64,000 nt of DNA, from NCBI RefSeq assembly GCF_009914755.1, contig NC_060938.1; one strand, written 5' to 3'. Shown here in pieces: positions 38,373 to 54,199 of the stretch (position 1 is the stretch's first letter; each line of letters begins with the position of its first letter). Source of the stretch: the human T2T-CHM13v2.0 reference genome, Homo sapiens. Made by a program: the position numbers and the translations under genes. Under the pieces are notes generated by a model. That model was not told the DNA's origin. It saw nothing but the letters and a program-made list of their open reading frames with translations, and did not search any database.

Positions 38373-39623
38373 CACAAAGCCAGAAAGGACACACAGAAAA
38401 GGTTTGAGAGGACCCAAAAATTTCTAGCCATGCTGGAAGACCTTCCCTGTGTAAATCTAGTTTGAAAAGACAGAAATTGGTGGCTATGTTTTCTGATATA
38501 TGGATATCAACACAAAGTTACAAGGAACACGAAGAAACAAGGGGCAACCCAATAATAGAAACCAAATAAATCCACAGAAACCAATTCTAAAATAAAAGAG
38601 GTATATAAATTAGCGACAAAATAATTGAGATAATAATTTTTGGATGAATTTTTTAGGGGAAATTAAGATATCATCAGGTACACAAAAGCTCAAGGAAATC
38701 TGTTACCACCAGACCTGTTTTGCAAGAAATGCTAAAGGGAATCCTGCAAGATAAAATGAAAGAACACTAAACAGTAACTTAAAGCCATATGAAGAAATAA
38801 ACATCTTAATAAAGGTAAATGCATGGCAATTATAAAATCTAATAATATTGTAAGAATAGTTGGTACCTTTACTTTTCTTCTACCTGATTTGTCTAAAAAG
38901 CTAGTATTATTGTAACTGGTTTATAACTTTACATTTTTATTGTCTACACAATTGAAGAAACTAATGCATTTAAAATAATTATTAGTTTACGTTTTGGAGC
39001 ACACAATATATAAAGATGTAATTTTGTGACATTAACAACTGAAAGCAGAGGAAGGGAAGTGTAAAGCAGAGTCTTTGTATATTATTGAAGTCATGCTGGT
39101 GTAAATTAGGGTGTCACAACTTGAGGATGTTAAATGCAATTCCCACGGTAACTACATAGAAAATGGATATAAATGTATTGACATAAATTAAGAGATAAAT
39201 TTAAACATTTCACTAAATGAAATCAGCTGAGCACAAAAGAAAACAGTAATGCAGGAAATAAGGAACAAAAAAGCTATAAAGCATGTAGAAAACAAATAAT
39301 AAAGTGACAGACCTAAGTCACTTCTCACTAGTAATTACTTTAAATAAGAATAAATTAAGCATTCCAATCGAAAGACAAAGATTGACAGAATGGATAAAAA
39401 CATATGATCCATTTATGTGGTATCTATATGACACTCAACTTAGATTGAAATACGCAAACAGATTGAAAGTGAAAGGATGAAAAAATGTATGTCATACAAA
39501 TAGTCAAAGAAAGGAGACAAATTATACTTTAAAATAAGTTTCCAAGAGACAATGAAGGCATTATATATTAATAAAAGGTTCAATACAGTAAAAATATACA
39601 ATAATAACAATTGTAAACATTTA

Positions 39624-39993
<370 letters not shown>

Positions 39994-40734
39994 TCACACA
40001 CATATGTTTTATATAATACATACATAATTTTATATAATACATATATGTGTGTATATATGTATGTGCATATGTATATATATAAACCAAAAACTAACAGAAT
40101 TGGAAGGAGAAATAGTCCTATATAATAGTTAGAGATGCCAATACCCCATTACTAATAATGAATTGGAAAACGAGACAGGAGATAAGCAAGGAAAGAGAGG
40201 GCACAACCAACACATTAAGCCAACTATATCTAAAAGATATATACAGAACACTCTACCAACCAACAACAGCAGCACAAACATTCTTCTCAAGTGCACATGG
40301 AATATTTTCAAAGAACAGTCAGATTCTAGGCCACAAATTGAGTTTAATAGACATGAAAAGATAGATTTTATACAAAATATCTTCTCTGACCACAACAGGA
40401 TAAAGTTAGAAATCAATAACACAAGTAAAACTGAAAACAAAATTGTAAAAATTAAACAACATACTCTTAACCAATTAATTACAGAAGAATTAATAAGATA
40501 AATCAGAAAATGCTTAGAGAGAAAGGAAACCAAAACACAACCTACCAAAACTTATGGGACAGAGTAAAAGCAGTGTTTAGACAGAAATTGATAGCTATAA
40601 ATGCTTACATTGAAAAAACAAAAAAAGTCTCAAGTCAACAACCTAATTTTGCAACTTAACTAGAAAAGGAATAAAACACAAAATCCAGAAAAAACGATAT
40701 AATAGAGATAAAAACAGAGGTAAATGGAATAGAA

Positions 40735-41075
40735 CAGTGGTCCCCAACCTTTTTGGTACCAGGGACTGGTCTTGAGGAAGACAATTTTTCCACGGATGGG
40801 GATGGGGGGATGGTTTCAGGATGAAACTGTTCTGCCTCACATCATCAGGCATTAGAGTCTCATAAGGAGGGTGTAACCTGGATCCCTTGCATATGCAGTT
40901 CACGATAGGGTTTGCACTTCTATGAAAATCTAATGTCACCACTGATCTGACAGGAGGCAGAGTTCAGGTGGCAATGCTCACTCACTCACTCACTGCCCAC
41001 CTCTTGCTGTGTGGCCCAGTTCCCAACAGGCCATGGACTGTTATCAGTCCATGGCCCGAGGGTTGGGGACCCCTA
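40735..41075 (+). mobile_element. MER1B (hAT-Charlie MITE)
   Basis: TIRs CAGTGGTCCCCAACC / GGTTGGGGACCCCTA; 8-bp TSD gaatagaa/gaataaaa. Confidence 0.93.
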
Positions 41076-44000
41076 GAATAAAAGATATAGAAAGAATAGA
41101 GAAAATCAATAGAACTAAAAGTTGTTTATTTTAAAAGATCAACTAAATTGATATATTTAGCTAGATGGATTATGAAAATGGGGCAATAATCAAATGATTA
41201 AAATCAGAAATGTATGTGAGAATATTACTACTTCTTCTATAGAAATTAAAACAATTAAAATACTAAGAACAATCGTATGCCAACAAGTTGAATAAGTTAG
41301 AAGAAATGAACACATTCCTGAAACACAAAACCTACCAAGAATAAGTCACAAAGTAATAGAAAATCTTAATAGACCTATAAATAGTAAGGAGATGAATCAG
41401 TAATAAAATACATATCAACAGAGAAAAGCCCTATGTCTGCTAGGCTTATGGGCAAATTATACCAAACTTATGAAGAACTTACACCAATTCTTCTTAAACT
41501 ATTTTTAAAAATTGAATAATAGGGAATACTTTCTAACTTACTGGATGAGGTCAGTAGTTCCCTGGACAAAGACACATTTTAAAAAAAGTCAAATATCATT
41601 TATGAAAATTGATCAAAAAATCCTCAAACAAAACACTAACAAATCAAGTATGACACCATTTTTAAAAGATTATACACCATGACCATGTGGAATTTATTCT
41701 TGGAATATAAGGGTGGTTCAACATAAAAAAATGAATCAATGTAATGCACTGCATTAACAGAAGGGCAAAAAATAACACAAGATCATCTCAATTAAGACAG
41801 AAAAGCATTTTCACAAAATTGTACATCCTTTTATGATAAGAAGACTCAACAAACTAGGAATATAATAAAACATCATCAACATAGTAAAGGTCATATATAC
41901 AAAACCCACAGCACACATCATACCCACTGGTGAAAGAAAGAAAGCCTTTCTTCTAAGATAAGGAACAAGGCAAAGATGTTCATTTTTGTCACTTCTATTC
42001 AAAATAGTACTGGAAATTCTAGCCAGGGCAATTAGGCAATAAAAAAAAAAAAGCATCCAAATTGCAAAGTAAAAAGTAAAATTATCTCAGTAAATAATAT
42101 GATTTTATACATAGAAAACTATAAAGATTCAACAAAATTACTAGAACTGACAAATTCAGCAAAGCTGAAGGATACAAAGTCAATGTGCAAAAATCAGTTG
42201 CATATATACTAACAATGAGTAATCTGAAATGAAAATTTTGCAAATAATTACAATTGCAATAGCATCAAAAATAATATGATACTTAGTAATTGCCTTAACC
42301 AAAAGAGGGAAACACTTGTACCATCGTATCTATGAAACATTGCTTGAGAAAATTAAAGAATCCATAAACAAATGGAAACACATCCCATGTTTGTAGACTA
42401 GAAGATTTAATATTATTAAAATGTCAACACTACCCAAATGATCTACAGATTCAAAGCAACTCCCATGAAAACTCTAATGACATTCTTTGCAGTAATAGAA
42501 ACACACATTCTACTATTCATATAAAATCTCGGGAGACCCTAAATAGTCTAAACAATTAAAAAAAAGAAAAACAAAGCTGGAGAACTCAATTTTTTTATTT
42601 TAAAACATATTAAAAAGCCAAAGTAATCAAAATAATATGGTAATAGCATAAATAAAGATAATAGTCCAACAGAATAGAATAGACAGCCTAGAAATAAACT
42701 CTCAAATACATGATCAAATAATTTTTGACAAGGGTGCCAAAATTATTCAATGGAAAAAAGACAGTCTCTTCAACAAATAGTGGTAGGAAAACTGAATATC
42801 CATATGCAAAAGAATAAAATTGGGCACTTACCTGATAAGATATACAAAAACTGAAAATGGATCAAAGACCTAAATGCAAGACTTAAAACTATAAAACTCT
42901 TAGAAGAAAATATAGGACAAACATTTTACGACATTAGATTTTGCAGTGATTTCTTGCATATGACACCAAAGGTACAAGCAACAAAGGAAAGAAATAGACA
43001 AACTGAATCATGAAGAAAAGATTTAAGTGAATCAAAAGACACTGTCCACGTACTAAAAAAACAACCCACAGCATGGGAGAAAATATTTGCAAATTATATG
43101 CTCATATAAGAATTAATATCTAGAATATATAGAAAACTCCTAAAACTCAACAACAAACAACCTGATTTAAAAATGAGCAAAGGATTTGAATAGATATTTT
43201 ATGAAAGAAGCAATACAATTGGTTAATAAGCACAGGTAAAAATGTTTAAAGTTACTAATCATTAGAGAAATGCAAAATTACAATGACATATAACTTTATA
43301 CATATTAGAATAGCTACTATCATGCAAACCAGAAACTAACAAGTGTCAACAAAAATGTGGAAAAATTGAAATTCTTGTACACTATTGGTTGGAATGTAAA
43401 GTGGTATATTCACTGTGAAAAACAGTATGGTTGGTTGCACATTATGAAGGTATGATATACCACAATACTGTACCCACTTAAAAATTATAAAGATGGTAAA
43501 TTTTATGTTGGTGTCTTTAGTGCAATAAAAGCATAAGAAAAAATGAGGAAAGCTTAAGGGAATTATGCAATAACATCTAGTGGACCAATGTATGTATTAT
43601 GGATAGCTCAGAAGTAGAAGACACAGAAAGAAAGGGGAGAAACACCTATATAAGGAAATAATGATAAAAAACATGCCAAATCCAGGGAAGGAAAGAGTCA
43701 TCCAGATTGATTTTGCTGATTCAAGAAGCCTAATACATCCCAAATAAGAAAAACTCAATGAATTTCATGACAAGATGCATTATTATCAAATTATCAAATA
43801 TCAAAGACAAAGAGAATTTTGCAAGCAGAAAAACAAAAGGGACTTGTCACATTCAAGGAAACCTCCCTGAGACTATCAGTGGATTTCTCAGTAGAAGCTT
43901 TGTAGGACAGGAAGGAGTGAGATGATAAATTTAAAGTGCTGAAAAGAAAAAAAACTACCAATGTAAAATACTATATCCAGCAAAATTGTAATTCAAAAAT

Positions 44001-46071
44001 AAAGAAGAGATAAAGGCTTTTCCAGTTAAACAAAAGCTGAGGGATTCCCTCGATACTAGATATGTTTTACGAGAAGTACTAAAGGGAGTCCTTCAAGTTG
44101 ACATAAAAAGGCACTAAACAGCAACATGAGAGTTTATAGAAGTAGAAAGCTTACTGGTAATGGAAAATGTATTTGCAAATACATAATACTATAATAATCT
44201 AACAATGGGAATTTAAATGTAAAAAAAAAGTAAAGGTAAAAGATTGTACTCTAAATGTAAAAACAAAAACCTACACTCCTGAATCAAATGACATAGAGTG
44301 GATGAATGAGTAAAATAACAAAATCCAACTTTATGCTGTATAACAAAATCTAAGTTTGGCAAAAAGAGATGCACTTTATGTTTACAAACACACATAGAGT
44401 GAAAGTGAAAGGAAAAAAACAGTTATTCAATACAAATAATAAACCAAAGAGAATAGGGGTGGTATATTTATATCAGACAAAATTGACTAAAAGTCAGAAA
44501 TTGTCACAAGAGACAAAGAAGGATATTCTATACTGATAAAAGATCAATTCACGGAATACTATAGCAATTATAAATAAATATGCTCTCAACATCAGAGAAT
44601 CTACATATGTGAAGCAAACATTGACAGAACAGAAGGAGGAATAAATAGCAACACAATAACAGTAGAAGATTTTAATATTCTACTTTCAATATTTGATAGA
44701 ACATGCAGACAGGAGATCAAAAAGGAAACAGAAGACATGAACAGTCCTGTAGATAAAATGGATCTAACAGACATACAGAATATTTCACCCCAACAGCAGC
44801 AGAAGATACATTCTTCTCAAGTGCACGTGGAACATCTCCTGAATGGATCACATGTCACATGTCAGGCCACAGAGCAAGTCTTAATCAATTTAAGGAGACT
44901 GAAATAATATCAAGTATTATTTCTGACCACAATAAAATAAAACTAGAAATTAATAGCAGAAGAAAAATTGAAAAGTTCACCAATATGTGGAAAATAACAA
45001 ACTTGTAACAACCAATTGATTAAAAAAAACAAAAAAAGTGAAATTAGAAAGTATCTAGTGGCAAATGTAAGCAAAAATAGAATATACTAAAACTTATGGG
45101 ACTTAGCAAAAGCAGTACTGAGAGGCAAATTTATATCAATAATTGCTTACATCAGTAAGAAAGAAAGCTTTCAAATAAAAACCTAACTTCATACCATAAG
45201 AACACAGAAAATGAGCAAAACAAGCCAAAATTTAGCAGAAGGAAGGAAGAAATATTAGAGCAGAAATAAACACAATAAAGGATAGAAAAAAATTAATGAT
45301 GGTGTTTTTAAAATTAGTTAATTTTTTGAAAAGATCAACAAATTGACAAATCTTTTCATAGTCTAGAAAAAGAAGACTCATTAATAAAATCATAAATCAA
45401 AGAGGAGTTATTACAACTGATGCCAAAGTAATCAAAATGATCATAAAAATCTACCATGAACAATTACATACCAACAAATTGGATAACTTAGAAGAAATTG
45501 ATAAGTTTCGAGAAACATGCAACCTACCAAGACTGAGTCACAAAGTAACAGGAAATTTGAACAGATCAATTACAAGTAAGAATATTAAATTAGTAATAAA
45601 AATATGCCAACCAAGAAAAGCTCAGGAGCAAATGTCTTCACTGGTCAATTCTGCTAAGCATTTAAGAAGAGTTAGTGCCAATCCTTCTCAATCTCTTAGC
45701 AAAAATTGTAGCAAGAAACAAACAAATTTTTTTCTGAGGCTAGCCTTATACCAAAGCCAGACAAATAAATGAAGAGAAAAAACCTTACAGGCCAACAATT
45801 CTGAAAAACAGAGATGCAAAAATCTTCAAGACAGTAGCAAACCCAATTCAGCTGCATACATAAAGGATTACACACCATGAACAAGTCAACATATGAAAAT
45901 TAATCACTGCAATATACCATAATAACATAATTGATTCACACAATTATCTTGATACATTAAAAAAAAACATTTTACAAAATTCCACATGCTTTCCTAATAA
46001 AAACACTCAACAAACTAGGAATAAAAGAAAATGACCTCATCATGGCAAGAGTCACATATGAAAAGTCCACA

Positions 46072-46321
46072 GGACATGAGGTTGGAATGATCGTAAATGG
46101 GATTGGTGATTTTATAAGAAGAGATTAGAGAGGGATTTTTTTTTTCTGCCATGGGAAGATGCAACAAAAAAGGTGTCTGTTTGCAAAACAGGAAGGGAGC
46201 CGGCCTTCACCAGAAACCAAATAGGCCAGGACCTTGATTTTGAACTTCCCAGCCTCCAGAATTATAATAAATCTTTTTGTTTATGGAATTTTTGTTAAAA
46301 CAGCCTAAACTGACAATGACA
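46072..46321 (+). mobile_element. MLT1A-family LTR, 3' part, at a deletion in the host L1 ORF2
   Basis: ATGGGATTGGTG...CCTTCACCAGAAACC...GAACTTCCCAGCCTCCAGAA. Confidence 0.75.
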
Positions 46322-46401
46322 ACAGTATCCAGAACTTCTACAAATCTATAGCAAAAACAATAACAACAACACCAAGAAAACATTGAAATAGACAAAAACT
46401 T

Positions 46402-46803
46402 TGCTAAGACTGGATATTTGACCCCACAAAATCCCATGTTGAAATTTGATTGCAATTTGGTGCCCAATGTTGGAAGTGGGGACTGATGGGAGGTGTTTGG
46501 GTCATGGGGGTGAATATTTAATTAATAGATTAATGCCCTCTCTCGGGGTGAGTGAGTTCTTGCTCTACTAGTTTCCATGAAAGCTGATTGTTGAAAAGAG
46601 CCTGTCACCCTCCCTCCTCGTTTCTTCCCTCACTATGTGCTATCTGCATACATCAGTTCTCCTTTGCCTTTTGACATGAGAGAAAGCAGCCTATCAGATG
46701 CCCAATCTTGAACCCTCTAGCCAGCAGAACCATGAACCAAACCCTTTTTCTTTCTAAATTACCCAGGTTCAGAAATTATAGTAACAAAAAGTATACTAAG
46801 AAA
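46402..46803 (+). mobile_element. MaLR solo LTR, MSTB1-like
   Basis: TGCTAAGACTGGATA...CCCAATGTTGGAAGTGGGG...ACTAAGAAA; TSD aactt/gactt. Confidence 0.82.
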
Positions 46804-47311
46804 GACTTGAATAGACATTTTCTTCCAAAGGAGACAATGAAATGGCCAACAGGCATGTGAAAAAAATACTTGACGTCACTAATCATCAGAGAAATACAAG
46901 TCAAAACCACAATGAGATATCACCTTACACCTGTAGGAGGACTACTATCAAAAACAAACAAACAACAACAACAACCAAAAAAGAAACACCAACCAAACAA
47001 CAACAACAAAACAGATAATAACAAGTGTTGACAAGGATGTGGGGAAATTAAAAACCTTTGTGCCCTTTGGTGGGAATATATAATAGTACAGTCACTACGG
47101 ATAATAGTATGGAGGTTCCTGACAAAATTCAAAGTAAAATGACCACATGATTGAGTCATCTCACATCTGTGTATTTATCACAAATAGTCAAAATCAGGAT
47201 CTCAAAGAGATATTTTCACTTTGATGTTCACTGCAGTGTTATTCACAATAACCAAGAGGTGGAAACCATCTTAATGTTCCTCAATAGATAAGTGAATAAA
47301 GAAAATGTGGT

Positions 47312-47697
47312 TTTATTTAAGTTGATTTATGCTGCTATAAAAATACCACAAACTTGGTAGCTTATAAGTAACGGAAATTTATTGCCCATGGGCAATTTCT
47401 TGATCTTGGGAAGTCCAAGATCAGGCACCAGAAGATTTGGTGTCTCATAAGCCTTGTTTCATTGTTGGTTCATTGATGGCCTTCTCATTACATCCTCACA
47501 TGCTGAAAGAGGCAAAAAAAAAAAAAAGAAAAAATCAGTGAGGCTTCTTTCATAAGATTACTAATTCCAGAAAGCTCTGACCTCCTGATTTAATTACCTC
47601 CCAAAGATCCCATATTTTAATACTATCACTCTAGCACCCTAGAGTCAAGATCTCAACATACGAATTTTGGGGGCACACAAACATTCAGACCATAGAA
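47312..47697 (-). mobile_element. MLT1A-like solo LTR
   Basis: GCTGCTATAAAAATACCAC...GAATTTTGGGGGCACACAAACATTCAGACCATAG. Confidence 0.82.
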
Positions 47698-49074
47698 AGT
47701 ATATACATAAAATGGAATATTATTTAGACATAAAAAAGAAGCAAATCATATCATATGGTACAACACGGATGAACCTTGAGGACATTATGCTAAGTGAAAT
47801 CAGCCATTCACAGAATACTGCATGATTCCACTTACATGAGGCAGTTAAAGTAGTCTAATTCATCAAAGAAAAGAGTAGAATGGCGGTTGCCAGGAGAGAA
47901 GGGCATAAGAAGTTGCTGTTCAATCAGTATAAAGTTTCAGTCCCACAAGATGAAAAAACTTGTAGCGAGCTGCTGTACAACACTGTGCTTATAATTAACA
48001 TTACTGTATGATGCACTTAAAATTTATTAAGAGGGTAGATGTCATGTGTTTTTCAATCCAAATTTTGAAAATTCAACTTGAAAAGAAGTATCAGTAATAT
48101 TGACTGTTTTGTTGATAAACAATAAGTAATCAGAACACAAAGCCAATTGCTACTGACATCTATAGAAATTAAAGGCTAACTGGAAGTGGTGGAAGATGCT
48201 ATTTCTAAAAATCCACAGTATTTCCCTCCTTGTTTGCCAAAGTTTTAATGTAATTGTTTGAAAATACCAGTGCTGATGTTTTCAGTGAAAATATGTTTGC
48301 TTAAAAAAAAACACAGCTGTTGGTCATATGGCAAGTGTTTCACAAGAAATAATCTGGAAAACCAGTAAAGACCAATATCAACCTGATTAAGATACCTTCC
48401 AGAAACTTCAGATTAGAAGAAAACATTTTTATTCTTTGGATGAATAAAATCTGATACAATTTATCTACACCATTTTCCAGAAGGTCAAATTTGAGAATAT
48501 TCGCAATTTATTTAGTTACCAAGGGGTATAAATGAGCCTTTGTGTTCAAAGCAAGAAAACTGTACTCAGCCCAGAAAAACAATTTGCACCATTTCAACAT
48601 CAGAGAATTCTTGTGTCTTTTGTCTTAACATACCTATAAACTGGCATGGAAGTAGGGGTGATACTCAAAATATTTAGCAACTCATATGGCAATGGCACTG
48701 ACCCAACAGAATGAGTATCAGCCACATAAAGCAATAATTTTATTCTAGGGTATACTGACTAAATGTTATTCTGCTCTGGGGAAAGAGATGGGAAAGGTAT
48801 TATGGCCTGTCAGGTGCCAGATTTCAATTAGACACACAAGGATAAAGGTGAAGAACATTGACAATATTTTTCCTTATTTGTTTCAGAAAATAACCAGGGG
48901 CCCTTCTTGGATATATTCAAGTTAGCCACAGTTATTAAAATAGTCTACTTCTTTACTGTACTTTAAGCTATTTTTTGGCCTTTTCAAGGATTATTTATTA
49001 CTCTTCTTAGTACATTCAGCAGGAACCACTGTCCTGACCCTTATAATTAATGAGTGTAAAAATAAGCATGTGAG

Positions 49075-49290
49075 TAACTACCATGGTTTGGGAGCTCACT
49101 CTAAGTCAGAACTGGGTTACATATTTATAGGTGGGACCACTCACTCCTACAAAACCCAGAAGGTAAGCACAATTATCCCCATTTCATAAGTAATGAAACC
49201 AAAGCTTCAAGATGGTTGTTGTCTTGACTTAGGCCACAGTGTCAGATAGGTGTTTAAACCAACTTACATCTGTTCCCACAGCTCACGTTA
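49075..49290 (-). mobile_element. MIR
   Basis: ATTATCCCCATTTCATAAGTAATGAAACCAAAGCT core. Confidence 0.65.
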
Positions 49291-50021
49291 TTTCGTATGT
49301 GGAGAATACTGCAAATTGATTTCATTTTGGTTGGATTGGATTAAATCTCTTCCTCTCACCCTGACCTTTACAAAATCTAACTTAGTCTTATTTCTTAGAT
49401 CAAAGGAAATTATTCGAAGGTTGCCATTTAGCACACATAGAGAATGGAAACATTAAGAGGCAAACATATCTTTGTTTCCAAATTGATTTACATATCAAAG
49501 CTTTTTGGAGAAGGCTGAAATAAACAGTTCAGTTTCTGGAAACTTATTTAAATCAACTTGCACATTCTTTGGAGCAGTTAGCCACAACATTTTAAAGGGA
49601 ATTTATAAGCATCTTGAGCTGGCATGAAATTCGTTCACTTCAGTGTAGCTAAACACAGCACCCATTTTTTCGTCATGACCTCACTAGAATCTTGGTGGCT
49701 AACACTGCACAACTTTCTCATTTTAAATCAGTCATTCATGTTAGCTTTTTTTTTTTCTTACCTTCAGACTTAAAAAGTTTAAACGTATTGAATTTACTCT
49801 GTAGAAAGTGTGCCAGATACAAATGTTTTGCATATGATCCTTTTGAAGTCACATTTCTTAGAATAAGCCATTTACCTTGAATAACATATTAAAGGCAAAA
49901 AGTAAATCAGTAGTTTTCAAAATAAAGTCTATAAGAAGGTTTGTGTGACAGCAAAAAAAAAAAAGCAATATTTTAACCCAAGAACTCTAGAAAGTGGTAC
50001 CGGCCCTACTACTATTTAGAT

Positions 50022-51637
<1,616 letters not shown>

Positions 51638-52394
51638 AATCGTAAAAAACACAACTGGCTTTGTTATATAACCTTCTCTTCTATTTGATCCCAACTGAAA
51701 CTACAGGCTCCAAGTTACCTAATTGAGTTCCCAGGGTTTTCTCGAGGTCCTATTGGAACTTCCCCCACATCCCCTGTCACAGAAGCCCTGGGACATAATG
51801 TTAGATATGTCAGGGAGCTGATGCAAGATCCGCTCGAATCAGTCTTGTGAGAAACTGCTTGCAGCCTGTAGAAAAGAGGCTACCACAGCAGTTCTGTACA
51901 AAAGGAGGTAAGGCCGGCAAGGTGGGAAGGGCTATAGAAATCAGTCAAGAACCAGAAGAGCTATGGTATACCACATGTACAAGAGAAACTGGAACTTGGT
52001 GAAGAAGTTTTCAGTTTTCCACAATGGAATTTTCCAGAACTGGCAAAATTTACAGAATCAGAGTGTGAGGAAGGGCCAACACTCTAACAGGACAATAGCA
52101 CATAGATCAGTGCCTCCACCTCCCCACAACCACCTCTACCTACCCCAAATTAAGGTGTTGGTCTCCCTTCCTCAGGCTGAAAGTGGTCAAAGGCTTTCTA
52201 AACAAATTTGGTAGCCTCCTAGCTTGTGCCCACTCTACAAAAACAAAAATGAATCTTGTCATTTAGGACATACCACCCATGGATATAGTTTGAAATTTGT
52301 CCTGCTTTTCAAAGAAATGCTAAGGAAAACTGAGGTAACCTATATAAAGTAACTATTGTAATATACCTAGTCTACAGAAAATCAAGAATGAATA

Positions 52395-52867
52395 CATGGG
52401 TCAGTCAAGGTACTCTAGGAAGCAGACACAAAGATAGGAGTAGAGGTGTAAGGATTATATTGGGTTAAATATCCATGAAATATAAACTTGAGGGGAGCAA
52501 GAGAAGGCAAGAGAGCCTTCAGTTTGAAATGCAGGTCTGAAAACTTTTGGAAGAAAAGAAGGAAGAAAGAAAGATTGGGAAGAAAGAGCATGAGATGGTA
52601 GTTCAGCTCTGAGACACTCAGCCAACACTTAAAGAGTTCCCCAAGCCAAGACTGCCCGGTAAAGAAGTTCTGCATTGGTTGGGATTGGTCTAGTTGTGCT
52701 TACTCTGCCATAGTTAAACGTATGTGAACAGCCTTGGGGCTGGCCTATCTCTGAACACTGTAATGGATCCCAAAGGTACAGCAACTCGATCTAGTTAGCC
52801 AAATATACTCTCAGCAGCAGATCCTCTTGAAGAAAGATCTCAGAGTTGCAATGCCAGGGCTACCACA
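52395..52867 (-). mobile_element. ERVL solo LTR, LTR16C-like
   Basis: GGAAGCAGAC...GAGAGCCTTCAG...TCTTGAAGAAAGATCT...GGCTACCACA matches the recalled LTR16C reverse complement. Confidence 0.8.
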
Positions 52868-54199
52868 CAAGATATATGATAACAGCCAGCAACAATAAGA
52901 AGAAAGACTAAGATGAGCAAAGAAAGAAACTCACCCTCGGAGAAATATAGTTATTTCTGGAAAGATTAAGGAACTTTAGAAGAATTATAATTAGTATTTT
53001 GAAAGATATTTGATAAGTGCTATAAAGGGATGATACTGAAATGGAATGTAGATTTTTAAAACTAATTTAAAATGATTGGATAAATAAAAGGTGATGTTTC
53101 ATATTTTGAAGAATTCCTAAATATACAAAGCTAAAATGTAAAAATATTACATTTTAAATACAAGTGCAATTTTAAAACTATATGCATAGTTTGGTCTGAA
53201 AGCTTTATTTGTCTTGAAGAATAAACTGTTACCATTAGAACCGAATAATTTTTAACACTAAGGAATGTAAACAAAATAAAAGCAATTTACCAAACATTCC
53301 AGAAAAAGTTACTCAGAGACAGTAGCTTGTGATCAAAACTATTTCTTGTATAAGGACAACTTTTATAACTATAAGTCTATCCTCAAGTTGTCAGTGAAAT
53401 AACATTTTAGAAAATACTAATTTGTTGCTGCTAAATAACAGAATTCATTTCAAATAAATTAGTATAGTGAGACTAAAAGTGAGCCTGTCAACTTTTTACA
53501 ACATAAGCTACTTACAATAAAAAATTTTAAAAAATTAAATAAAAATCTTACATTGAAACTGAACTTTTAGTATCATTGAAAATTTGTTAGTGCATTACTC
53601 ATGAGTGTAAAACTTGCAAATTTGGGGAAGAGCTTATGAAATACTTTCCTATTGACATTACAGCTATCTTCAAATAGTAGGTTGCTACGAAAACATAAAT
53701 TAGAATGGTATAGATAATATTCCAGGGATTTGGATCCCATATACTTTATAAATTAGTTTGAAAGCCGAGATTATGTCAAAGCTTTAAATGTTTGCTGAAT
53801 GAGAAGATGGACATTACAGATTTTGTAATTTATTTGGTTTTGTATGACATGCTCATGAAAGTAAATATGGAAAAAAACTTTTTTATTGCTTTATAAAACA
53901 CATATGCATAAGAATATTTTAGGCATTTACATACATTATTAATATAGTATTAAATTAACAGGCAAAGAAACATAGATGTATACTCAGAATTAAATATATA
54001 TATATATGAGTTATACATATTGAATAAATATACTAATCATAGCTTGAATTGAAATAAATAAGAAAATTATACAAAACACTCCAAAAAGCTGCTGTTTTAT
54101 AATCACATTCATAAGGTTGATGACCTCAAGACGCATCCAACTCTTAGGCTGCTATGACACCAAAGGCAGTATTTGGGGTCTGCATTCTGGTTATGATTT

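Noticed and set aside
48655-48780. Possible small hAT-type MITE
   Set aside because: Vague resemblance only; I could not establish TIRs or a TSD.
51700-53150. Possible HAL1/L1ME 5' and ORF1 relic around LTR16C
   Set aside because: Composition is suggestive but too degraded to call or delimit by eye.
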